The translations under genes and the position numbers were made by a program. Shown here piece by piece: positions 1-12,100 of a DNA stretch of 64,000 nt. Origin of the DNA: Phoronis australis (taxonomy: Eukaryota > Animalia > Phoronida); the NCBI GenBank assembly GCA_002633005.1, contig NMRA01000519.1, positions 239,640-303,639 on the forward strand. The letters run 5' to 3'. How positions within the stretch are numbered: the stretch's first letter is position 1; each line of letters starts with the position of its first letter. The notes below the pieces were generated by a model. It ran no database searches. It was given only the letters and a program-made list of their open reading frames with translations, and was not told the DNA's origin.

Positions 1-220
1 GATTGAGGTTTCTAAAAAATTATACTTGTTACTTATTATTGTCACATAAGCACATTTTTAAGTCAAATTTTTATGTGCAAGAAAGGTATGTTCAGAGTGA
101 AATAGCCCCCAGCCGCTTTTACTAAAACTTTTTTAAATAAAAACTTTATGTTACGTCTCAAAAGCACTGTTACTTTTTGTGTACCGAGTGATGTACTAAA
201 AAGACCGCTGTTTTTTCAAG
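1..220 (+). repeat. Duplicate of 1424-1643 ending at a single N (likely assembly overlap)
   Basis: Virtually identical sequence; N at 221. Confidence 0.85.
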
Positions 221-221
221 N

Positions 222-990
222 TAGGGGGCACAGTGTTCATCGGATCAGTCTAAAAGTCGTCATCTTCTCTTGCTAACTTCATATAATTACATGTGCTAAA
301 TTTAATAAAGATCTTGCGGAGGGATTAGGAGATACAGGTAGGGGTGCAAAAAAAAAAAACAAAACCGCCACTAGGAGGCGCAACAGTAGTTGAAGTCATC
401 AGAAAATCATCGGCAAGCGTCCCCTTCAAAAACAATAAAAATGGCCACTAGGTGGTGTAAAAAAACTTGAATCAATCCGAAGATGAATGGCTAGCGTCAC
501 CTCACTAATGAATGTCTATGTGCCAAATTTTACGGAAATCTGTTGAGTACCTTTGAAGATACAGCGATAAACGTAAAAAACTAAAATTGCCACTAGGGGG
601 CACACCGGTACGCCGATCTGTCCGAAAGTCGCCGTCGTCTGTTGTCAAGGTTATATAAATATATTTGCTAACTTTAATAAAGATCCTTTAGTCGAAGAGC
701 GTTTAGGAGATACAGCCATGGGCGCAAAAACAAACAAAACAGCCACTAGGAGGTGCCACAGTAGTCGAAGTCATTGGAAAATCATTATCAACTGCACTCT
801 TTATAGTAGGACCATACATGCCAATTTTCATCCTTAGAGTGGTTTGATTGTTAGAGGGGCGGACGCCAAAAAACGACTCAAAAATATTAAAAATGGCCAC
901 TAGATGTCGCAAAATCCATCGAAGCAATTCGAAAACCTGAGGATAGGGTCAACTCATTAATAGATAACTAAATATGTGGGCGCATAAAAA
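222..990 (+). mobile_element. Helentron-associated (HINE-like) repeat element with ~150-bp tandem units carrying CTCF-consensus motifs (5' part lost at N join)
   Basis: Homologous to 10231-11575; CCACTAG(G/A)NG(G/T)Y motifs at 368, 445, 590, 743 and 897; ends with GTGGGCGCATAAAAA. Confidence 0.65.
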
Positions 991-1479
991 TGGCTTTCCC
1001 ATCCAGTTCTTTGAAACAAAATAATGCTCTGTTACCCTCAACAACCTTCAAAAGTTTGGAGGAAAATTTAAAAACTCCTTTCAAAGTCTGCAAAACAAAC
1101 ATGCGTGACCTACGCTTTTCGCGAATTACATGGCAACTGTGGGAATAGACCAGCCATCAAGGACCATAATGACCAATCTGTGACATAGGGAGTATGAGTT
1201 TTTTATTTCTGCGTTTAACTTGGAAGACTGACACCAGTGATGCATTAGCTTGTGACAAAACGAGGATTGGTGGAAATCATCAAAACGGGGTTTAGTATCC
1301 TATTAGTACTGAATACAGTATTAGACAATAGTAATCGGACAAAATACCATTTCCCCATTGTGGCAGCTAATTATGTGACAGCAGAAATTACTGGTAATGA
1401 CTATTATCTTGGCAAAGGAGAGAGATTGAGGTTTCTAAAAAATTATACTTGTTACTTATTATTGTCACATAAGCACATT

Positions 1480-1822
1480 TTTAAGTCAAATTTTTATGTG
1501 CAAGAAAGGTATGTTCAGAGTGAAATAGCCCCCAGCCGCTTTTACTAAAACTTTTTTAAATAAAAACTTTATGTTACGTCTCAAAAGCACTGTTACTTTT
1601 TGTGTACCGAGTGATGTACTAAAAAGACCGCTGTTTTTTCAAGAGTGCCTTGTGTTTTGCGAGTTAATTCCACATAAAATCGGAACTAAGTGAATAATGA
1701 AAAAATCCTAACAGCATTTTTGAGACCTAACGTAGAGTTTTTGTTTAAAATAAGTTTTAGTATAATTGGCTGGGAGGTTATTTTCAAGGAGTGTTCTTTT
1801 CACGCACAGGAAAATTAGACTT
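1480..1822. mobile_element. MITE-like element with ~115-bp imperfect inverted repeats
   Basis: 1480-1595 aligns with the reverse complement of 1708-1822. Confidence 0.65.
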
Positions 1823-2096
1823 TAGAATCCACACTTCATTCTCAGTCAGGGTGTGGAATTGTGGGTCATTTAGTCTGAATACTAATCTCTGTGATGTTCG
1901 ACACAATTCTTCAGCCAGCTTTTTTCAGACCGTAAAGAGGAATCAAGATTTGAATTGCTGATAAAACTGTCCACAAAGAAAGCTGTGAATGTAATGTTGG
2001 TCAGCATAGGATGGTTGGTTCATTCGAAGTGCATGCTGAATGAAAGTTTGAAAATAACAAAAGCATCTTCTGAAATTTGTTCTTGCTTGTTTCTGA

Positions 2097-2381
<285 letters not shown>

Positions 2382-3467
2382 TAAGGGTTCTAGCGCGTGA
2401 TCACATTTATAGTGCTGTTGGCTGTTGTGGAGGAGTGGTCAGCACTCTCCAAGGGGTGCCATTGTCAGAGCTAAATCCAGACCTTCATTCCAGGTGCAGT
2501 GAGGGAGAAATGTATCAGACAAATTGTAGGTTATTTACCACTTTGCAAACGAAACCCTGAAGTAAAAGCTTACAGCACAGTCACACAATGCCACAAGAGA
2601 TATCGTTCTGTATTCAAGTTAACCTGTATGTCAAATGTTTGGCTTCGATCTAATTTAAAACAGCTTTAAAATAATTCTGTCAAAGATAGTTATAAGCTTT
2701 AAATTTGTGTAAGCAGGTTATTTATGTAAAGTGGTCTGTTTGTTTACGTAACCTGAACACATGTCCGGGGTACATGTGGTAATAGAGTTTGGCTCAGTTG
2801 CGACTCCATTGTAATCTGCCATACATCCTTACACTGTGTTCAGGTTATGAAGCCGTGATTTGAAAACGACACGATCCTGGGTCTAAAATGTGTATTTAAA
2901 ATAACTCCCGGCATTTTCCTTTCTACTCTAATACGAACTGAGGCAATAGTCCGATATAATGTGCCCACATTTTGAGAACCAGTTGATGCCCGTTATTCAG
3001 TGGAGAAATGGTTCTCAAAATGCTGGCTCGTTATATCAAACTATTACCCGAACTGAAGATACGTGTCTGTTTTTGTGTGCTCTAGTATATATGATTTGTG
3101 CCAATGAATGTTCAGTCCAAAATGAATTGTTCAGTCCAAGTTTCCACTTGACGACCCCTAGATGTGAGGTACAGACTTGAGAAAAAACTTGAGATTTCTG
3201 GATCACGCTTGAACTTACAGGGTTATTGCCTGGGTCATCAAATGAAAACTGGAATTAGACTCATTCACATACTAAACCATAAAGTTCTCAGCAAAGAATG
3301 ACAGACACTTAGCTTAAGTTCGCACATAAGCAGAATCATGGTAAATGTCTAAAATAATTTTGAGTTTGATTTTGAGTACAAAGAATAGACCATGGGGCCC
3401 AGATGTCTGCACGTTCAGGGAGTGGTCAACACACACATTACTGACCGTACAAATGTTGACTTTTCAG

Positions 3468-3599
3468 CTGGACGAGGAAGTAGCAGCTGCTCATTTGGGA
3501 CACTTGGACGTTGTCCTAACACAACTGTCCGATGATCAAGCCAAGTACCTGGGTATTCCTAAGGGTGGCCCATTCAAGCCAGAGATATACAGATACTAA
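3468..3599 (+). CDS. AHCY: Adenosylhomocysteinase, terminal coding exon
   Basis: ttttcag|CTGGAC; [43 protein letters not shown] matches the AHCY C-terminus (LDE.VA..HL...GPFKP..YRY); phase 0 with the previous exon. Confidence 0.96.
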   Translation: MDEEVAAAHLGHLDVVLTQLSDDQAKYLGIPKGGPFKPEIYRY

Positions 3600-3951
3600 C
3601 TATCCGTAAATTTCTTGACAATCTCCTGGCTATTGCATTTGTCCGGTGCGTTGACTATTCTCATTCTTTATATAGAATCTGCTGGTTTCAAGAGGACAAG
3701 TCCGGTCCACTTTGGATGAACTGGTTTTTTGTTTAACATTATTGTGGTGGTACGAAGATGCCATGTGTAATGTGCAGGTTATCTACATGGTGGTACTGTC
3801 ACTCCTAATTACGAAAATAGCAAATTTGATTACTGAGTAATCTGCATGAGTGGAGGCATATCTTTTTACAGAAAATGTAAACAGGTAGTTTTATTTCTGT
3901 AACTTAAGGGAAATTGTTGATGAACGATTGTGAACAATTGTTAATTATTAT

Positions 3952-3957
3952 AATAAA
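3952..3957 (+). promoter_or_regulatory. Probable polyadenylation signal of AHCY
   Basis: AATAAA ~350 bp after the stop codon, followed by T/GT-rich sequence. Confidence 0.5.
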
Positions 3958-5980
3958 TTCTGCATTTATACTTGTTAATTAATAACAAATATTTCTCTCA
4001 TTTTACTAATAAGTTTTGTGTTGTGTACTGACACCGATAAACCACTAGGCGGCTGAGACCTGGTGTTGGTTAATTAATATGGTGGAAGTATAGAAGATGA
4101 TCATAACTAGCAATGTGTGCATTACAAATGGCAAAGATATAAGGGGTAGTCATTTCAAATGTCCACTGGGAGGACGCTGGCCCAAAGCGACGTTGGGCCA
4201 ACAAAGCATAATTTGTTCTGGTTGGTGTTTTGAAAATTGATGTGGTTAATATACAGTATTTTTAGCTCTATTTGTAAAAAGGGAACTTGAACATGAAGTG
4301 ATTATTCATAGAAAGTGATTGTCGCAGACAATTATGATATTTACTTTGACCGTTGTCATGCAGTCCTCAAAACGAACACACCCGCCAAATATCACTATAT
4401 GTTGAGCAATTTCACAATTATACTAAAACAGGAGCGAGGTACACGTTGGAACTGTGACAAAATTTCGTGTATATTCGCTAAGGAACTTGATAGATGTCCG
4501 GTAGAACCAAAGAAAGTTCATATTGTTTCAAAGGAGTAGTTGCGCAGGTAGAGGTCACTGGTGGATGACAGGAAACAAAAATCAAAATGCTACAATAGCC
4601 ACAATGTAACGTTTTACTGGTACCCAATGACCAAAAGGGGGCAGATACGTCTAGAAAAGTGAGCAGCAGTGAATAGTCTGGTTGAAGCAATCTGAATTTT
4701 ATTCATTCCTTGGTGTTGTGTTATTTAGAACTAAAACAAAGGGTTGCACACCCAAAACACGAATCAAAGTTTGTGGTTTATAGGTGGCGCTACATGAGCT
4801 TTCAGGCTTATTTGAAGTCTCGATGTAAAATGGATAAAAAGAAGACCGACACTAAGCTAGTTGAATGCAGTTGATGCCTGATGGAACCATTTAGTATTTT
4901 GAAGACGCACAGACAGAGCACTCCCGAACGTTTATCGTTACACATGTTCACAGAGCCGATGATAAATATTTCAAAAGACAATATTTGATAAGAATAAACC
5001 TCTTCAAGAAAAACTTAGCATAAACTATACAAGGAATAAAGAGAAATGCTATCTATGTTAATTTACCTCATCATCAACTCCATGTTTCATTTGAAGTTAA
5101 CGATTTTGATTTTCAATAGGTCACTCTACACTGTTACTGTACAAGAGAAAAGTAATCAAACAAAATACCATTTCCCTGTCATAACAGCTAATCCTGTTAC
5201 CAGTAAGAAATGACGTCAGATAATAACTATTAGGACGACAAAATTCTAATTACAGAATGGGTAACTAACTTGTCTTAATTCCCCTTAGTTCTCGATCATG
5301 ATAGACGACTACTGTGACGATGAATTCAACTTCCTCCTAGCCATCGTGACGGCAAATTCCGGGTCACATTTTTTAGCTTGTACTGCATACAGTTCTGGGG
5401 TCTGTTACATGAAAAGTGACAAGGATTTAAGTAAAAAATTCAGTGTTGCGCTCATCCCCACTATTTCTGAAAATCAAATTTCAATTCAGTTATTCACTTT
5501 ATTCACGCAGTTGCCATTTAAAAAGTGAGCCTCTCTTTAGGTTTAAAAAACCAATGCATTCTGCACTTAATCACAGTGCAAAGCATGATTTATTCGCATG
5601 CCTCATTGTATTCAATGCAGAAAATACTAAAATGGCAACAGCGTGAACAACGTCTATTTGTGCAAAGTCCTTAGAATAAACACATTAAACAGCCACATAC
5701 TGAAAAAATTCTATACATTATAGACTGATGTGCTCATAATTACTAATGAGAGCTAAACCTTCACTCAGAAATTGTCAAGTGGGAGCATACCTACATGAAA
5801 CAGGTCCCTGGATATCAGTTAACAATCATAAGTAACAATCAGTAGTCTTCATACACATCATAAAACAATCAGTTACATTGAATTTCATTAAGTAAATGTA
5901 TCATAGATTCAATTTGATGAATAATGGAAGTCCATTCTCCATAGATTTTAAGCTTTTCTCAACTAAGCTGGGAAGACGGA

Positions 5981-6175
5981 CTAGTTCAATGTTGGAGGCT
6001 GCATCAGAGTTTCTGGCGGGTGATTCTCGGTAATCTCAGGTTGTCCGACACCCATTTCTGCATTAATAACGAAGAGAATGCGTTGTGCTTCTGGGCTAAT
6101 ACAATGGACATCGTAAGATGTAGTAGCTGGCAATGGTGCTAGAACATTCTGTATGTCTTTGAGAACAGATAAAGT
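5981..6175 (-). CDS. Minus-strand gene terminal exon 30
   Basis: tttcag|TLSVLKDIQNVLAPLPATTSYDVHCISPEAQRILFVINAEMG...PPTLN*; minus-strand AATAAA at ~5589-5594. Confidence 0.86.
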   Translation of the reverse strand, partial: TLSVLKDIQNVLAPLPATTSYDVHCISPEAQRILFVINAEMGVGQPEITENHPPETLMQPPTLN

Positions 6176-9100
6176 CTGAAATATAAACAGACGGTTAACA
6201 AAATGGGACCAATGAATGTTACTGCCTGAACACTGATTCAAATTCCTTGGCTACTAGGACGAAAGTGTTAAAAAGTACAGAATTTGCTTTCTATTTATGA
6301 CCTGAACATAAAAATGACAAGAAAACGTTCCCTTAAACTTGGAATTATGTAGCATTGTGAATTACGTAGAAAATTATTACCTGGTTACCGTATGTACCTG
6401 ATCAACCTTAATCCTGTTCAACTCCCTGAGACCACACAATGGGTGCAACCATTGTCCGAGCACATTCATTAATCCAATCACCTAATTTTGCAGATTTCAA
6501 GTAATAAATTACCCCTGTGGTTACTTAAATTGGAAAAAATCCAAGACCTGCAATTTTTTGAAAATGTGATGTGGCTGTATTTCTACTTCAGAATCTATTA
6601 GTGGGTCCAAACTGTGTCATAATAATAGCAGATATGTCATAACTAAACATTCCAATACTAGCAAAAAATATCAACCAAAAAGAGCAGCAATGTTTCTGTA
6701 TGGCAATAAGGGTTTGGTATCTTTGACACTGCAAACTTAATTGACACATACTGTCAATTTGACTTGTAGTTCCACCTTGTTTGAGTGCTCATCAACTGAG
6801 AAGATGTCATGCAATTTGGACCTCAAGAGGTCAGCCATTGTAGAAGGAGCAAAGGAGATAGGGGAGTCCAACACCTCTATGAGTTTGTGTTGAAAAGCAG
6901 CTGCCATGCGATCAACTCCATCCAAGTCCAGCACAGTCTCCTGAACAGAACAGACGTAATATTATGTACAGAGGGTGGAAACCACCCTTAATACATACCA
7001 TGAAACTGCAACCACGTTCTGACACAACACACACAGAAACTGGGCAGTGTCATTGTCTGTGGTAATGATGGCTAAGTGTGGTGGAGTACAGGTTGCAACA
7101 TGGTAAGTTTTTGCGGTGTGTGGTAAGGGTGCATGCCCATGGTAAGAGTTAATTTCCACCCCCGGGTGTAACTCAAGCCACCCTCTTTTAGAACATTGGT
7201 TAAAGTGTCTGTGATGATTCTTTACAACATTTTGACACAAAGAAGTGGCATACTGTGCGCTCAGTTTTAAAAAGTTTCAAAAACAATAGATTTCCATTGT
7301 CAAGCAAGTAGCGGTAACATCGCACTGTACTTTTAATTGAATGTGCCGTTCTATCACACAATGAGCCTATCGCCAATAGCAAACATACTATACACAGCTC
7401 TGGCCTGTGGGAGCACAGATTTAAGCATCTTTTGTGCCTTTTGCAAAGTAAGCAACCCACTTCAAAGTGTACAATACCTGTATTTACCTGTGTCTCTGCG
7501 TCAGCAGTTTCACTGTTGTTGTCACCTTCAGCGCCCCCTGCCTTGCGTTCAATACTGTTCTCAATGGCGTACGTGACAAGGTCATACAACATCTGTGCTA
7601 AACTAAGGACATACTCCAGTCGTCCAGCTACACTATGTAGCATGCGCCATGTCTCAGTTATGTGTGCATCACTCTGAAATCAGCAGCATTATCAAGTCTG
7701 GTATGATCCCATTTTAAAGTAGCAACTAGCTGGTTTTCGTGCGAAGAACGCGCCGCTACTAATAGATTTCAAGCAATAAACTAGCCATCATGGCAGCAGA
7801 AAAATAACACAGAAAAACGCGCCGGTATTAATAGATTTCAAGCAATAAACTGTAGCCATCATGGCAGCAGAAAAAAACATGAAGCCAAAATTAGGCTGTA
7901 GAAAATTTACAATTTGTGACTTAAAAATCTTCCTTTTAACCAAAAAGAAATTACCGTATGCAGAACACTATTACTAACACATTCAGTCGGTAAAACAAAT
8001 AGTGCAGCTACCTTTAATCCTACGCCAAAAGCAATCAGACAAAATATTGTTTCCCCATCATGTTGCGTGATGGCGCCGGTAGTCACCAAACATTCTTGCT
8101 ACTCTTATGGTTAATTCCGCATGCGCTTGCACTCAGCTGTCATGACGGGGACTTCAGGGTCATTTTGACTGATTACTTTAGCCTGTACTGTATATACAAT
8201 CACACTCGTCATCTTATTCACATCATTTGTATCAACACACTACCATCAGTTACAAATTATTACATGGTGGATGACGACAGTCACACACACGGTCTCCCAC
8301 AATATTCGTATGACCTTTTCGTTTAATGTTCTTTGTGTGACTTTGTAAATGATATCGGTCACAGGCCACAGTAACTCTAAAAACCTAAAATTACAGTTGC
8401 ATCGAAATTGATGTCTTGATTAACTTATCAAACATGACATTGACCAAAATGCGGTTTGACTCTTGTTAATGTAACACGGGGTAATTTTTAATAATTATGT
8501 TAGTTTGCACATTGAATACATCGTATGTGTATTAAATAGGTTTCTGGTCATTAAATAGTATAATTAAACAATCAATTAAAAGCTATGATGTACTTACCAG
8601 CTTAATCAATGACCGGATACACAACCAGCGATGCACGTTCATCCAATCACCGTGCTTGGCCAACATCAGAAGCATGCTATCGACGGAGCGCAGAGCAGCC
8701 CGAATATTTGGTCCACTGTATGGATTAGACAGGTCGGCCATGTTTTGAAAATGAAAAGCTGCCTGTAACGAGTTCACAATACAGGGTGAGTCGAAATGAT
8801 GCAGCCTAGTTTACACACGAAACTTCAGTCTGCACAGCCATGTATTCGTTTTCATCTTCACACTGCCTGCAGAGTTAAGTAGGCGGACCACACATGATGT
8901 CATGACCACATTTTCTTGTGTTACAGCCCACTTTTGCACCTGCGTATTGAACCTGACTGTGTTGTATGAGATCACTAAACTAATGAAGTGGAAACATAAT
9001 CAGCAACTGGCAAGTCGGTCTTTCAGGTGCCATTTAGAATAATTCTGATTTCAGTTAACAGTTCAGTGATTTTGAAAGTCGAAGACCCAACTGTGTTAAT

Positions 9101-12100
9101 TTTTCTTACAGAAAAAACACCTCTAAATTTCATATTTTATACAGGCATAAGTTGTCTGCCACTATTTACGAGTAGTCTAGATAGCACCACACTCAATCAA
9201 CTCTCACCAACTCTAACAACAGACCAGCCTAGGGCACATGAGAGACTGGAGACTTTTGTTGTGACATACCGCTTTCTGGTCCTCTGGGGTAAAAAAGCAC
9301 ACATTCCTTTAGAAATGCGTACAAAAGGTGTAACTGAAGAATTTTACAAATGATAAAGTAGTTTCTAAAGATAACCAGTCAGGCAGAATTTAGCAGAACT
9401 GTGACAAAACAGCAACAGCTTATATATAACGAATCACGAATGAAATTAAATGAGATTAAAATTTGACGTTTTGTCAAAATTATCAAAAGGATATTACTGG
9501 TATTGTGATATGAAGTTATCCGTCAAGTACCTACCAGACATACACTCAGGTAACACTCCACTCAACAGTCAGGCAAATGTAGAAAGATTTTGTCAAACTT
9601 TCACCAGAATTAATTTTAAAGAAAAGCAAATTCTTTGTCATGACAAAAATGTACATTTCACTGCATATTTGTGAGTCAAAACTTTGTCAAATTTTAGCAG
9701 AGACCAATTTATTTCAAAAGCTACTTATCAAAGAGTTCTCGGAAAACAAGACTAGTCTTCTCCGCGTAGAGGTCACCCTCATTTTAAATGATCACTAAAT
9801 AATACAGCTAGTATAACTTTATAACTGAGAGTAAATTGTATGGGAATTTTAACATCTTTTAACACGTAGACATGGTAACTACATTGCAACATGCTCGGCG
9901 CTTCCAAGTTTGCTCCACCGTTTCAATTTCAATCTCTAAGAGTCCGTCCTGTCAAATTTCTTGCAGTTATGTTTTCAAATTTGTTTGAAGACGTGGTCAC
10001 TAAACTACAGGATATGAAGGCAAGTACCTGATCTTTTTCCAGGAAAACATTGAGATACAATGCTGCAGGATTTTCTGTGTAATATGTTGTAAAACTGAAA
10101 CAAGAACAATAAATCACCACCAGTGTGACTGAGCAAGCTTTGTGCATCAGCAGTCAGTAAAATGAACAAATGGAAAACTCAATACAATAACGACAGCTCC
10201 AACAGAAAGTCAGGCAACAAACATTTTACTAACAAGAGCAACGCGGAGTGTTGAAATGCGCAGTAAACGGTATGCCTCTAGGGATGTTTATTTGGAATGT
10301 AGAAATGGCCATTAGATGACGCAAAATACGTCAAATCCATCCGAAAAATGCTATGTGTCACCAAAGCTATTTACCATATGTCAAAAATCTGTCGAGGAAA
10401 TTCTAAGAAACAGGACTCGAAAAATGGTAAAAATGGCCACTAGATGGTGCAAAATACCATGACTCAAACCTAAAACCAGAGGATAACCTCAGCTCACTGA
10501 TAGATACCTATCTGCCAAATTTTATGAAAATCCGTTGAGGAACTTTAAAGATACAGACTGAGGTAAAATTATAAAACTATAATTGCCACTAGGGAGCACA
10601 CCAGTAGTCTGATGATACACTCGCCAAATAGGAGATACACCCACGGGCGTAAAAGAACTGCCACTAGGAGGCGTCACAGTTGTCGAGGTTGTCAGAAAAT
10701 CATTGTCAGCCCTCCTCTTCACATTAGAACATTAGAAACATACATGCCAATTTCCACACTCATCCTTAGAATTGTTTGGTTGACAGAGGGGCATTTTTGC
10801 ACAAAAAAAAACTCGAAAACAGCAAAAATGGCCACTAGGTGGCACAAAATGCCTCAAATTCAACTGAAAACTGGATGACAGTGTCAACTCACTAATATAT
10901 GCAAATTTACCAAATTTCATGAAAATCTGTCGACCACCTGTTTGAAGATGCAGTGCTAAACGTAAAAAACTAAAATTGCCACTAGGGGCAAACCAGTAGT
11001 CCGAAAGTCGTTGTCCTCTGTTAACAACTTCATTATAAATGCACCAGCAAAATTCAATCCTGTAAAGCAGTTAGGAGATACAGCCATGGGTGTAAAAACA
11101 AACAAAACTGCCACTAGGAGGCGCCACAGTAGTCAAAGTCGTGCGGAAATTATCGTCAGCCGCCCTCTTCACAGTAAGAACATGTGCCAATTTTCAAAAT
11201 CATACCTAGAGCAGTTTGGTTGATAAAGGGCGGACGCCAAAAAAACAGACTCGAAAACAGTTAAAATGGCCACTAGGTGGCGCAAAGTAACCTCGAATCC
11301 ATCCAAAAATGGGAGGATGGCATCATCTCACTAATAGACGCCTAACCAGCAAATTTTATGAAAATCGTTAAGGACCTACAAAAAAACAGAGGTAAGCGTA
11401 AAAAACTAAAATTGCCACTAGGGGGCACACCGGTAGTCAGAGAGGTCCAAAATTAGTCGCCGTCCTTCCTCAGCTTCATAGAAACACATCTGCCAAATCT
11501 CATCAAGATCCTGTGAAGAGTTTAGGAGATGACAGCAATATGCGACCACATATAAATTTGCGGGCACATGAAAATAGGTTACTTTACACAACAAAAGTAC
11601 CAAAATACCATAAATCAAAGCCTCATAGGAATTTTACTGCCAGTAAATATTAATTGNAATATATGCAAATTTACCAAATTTCATGAAAATCTGTCGACCA
11701 CCTGTTTGAAGATGCAGTGCTAAACGTAAAAAACTAAAATTGCCACTAGGGGCAAACCAGTAGTCCGAAAGTCGTTGTCCTCTGTTAACAACTTCATTAT
11801 AAATGCACCAGCAAAATTCAATCCTGTAAAGCGGTTAGGAGATACAGCCATGGGTGTAAAAACAAACAAAACTGCCACTAGGAGGCGCCACAGTAGTCAA
11901 AGTCGTGCGTAAATTATCGTCAGCCGCCCTCTTCACAGTAAGAACATGTGCCAATTTTCAAAATCATCCCTAGAGCAGTTTGGTTGATAAAGGGCGGACG
12001 CCAAAAAAACAGACTCGAAAACAGTTAAAATGGCCACTAGGTGGCGCAAAGTACCTCGAATCCATCCAAAAATGGGAGGATGGCATCATCTCACTAATAG

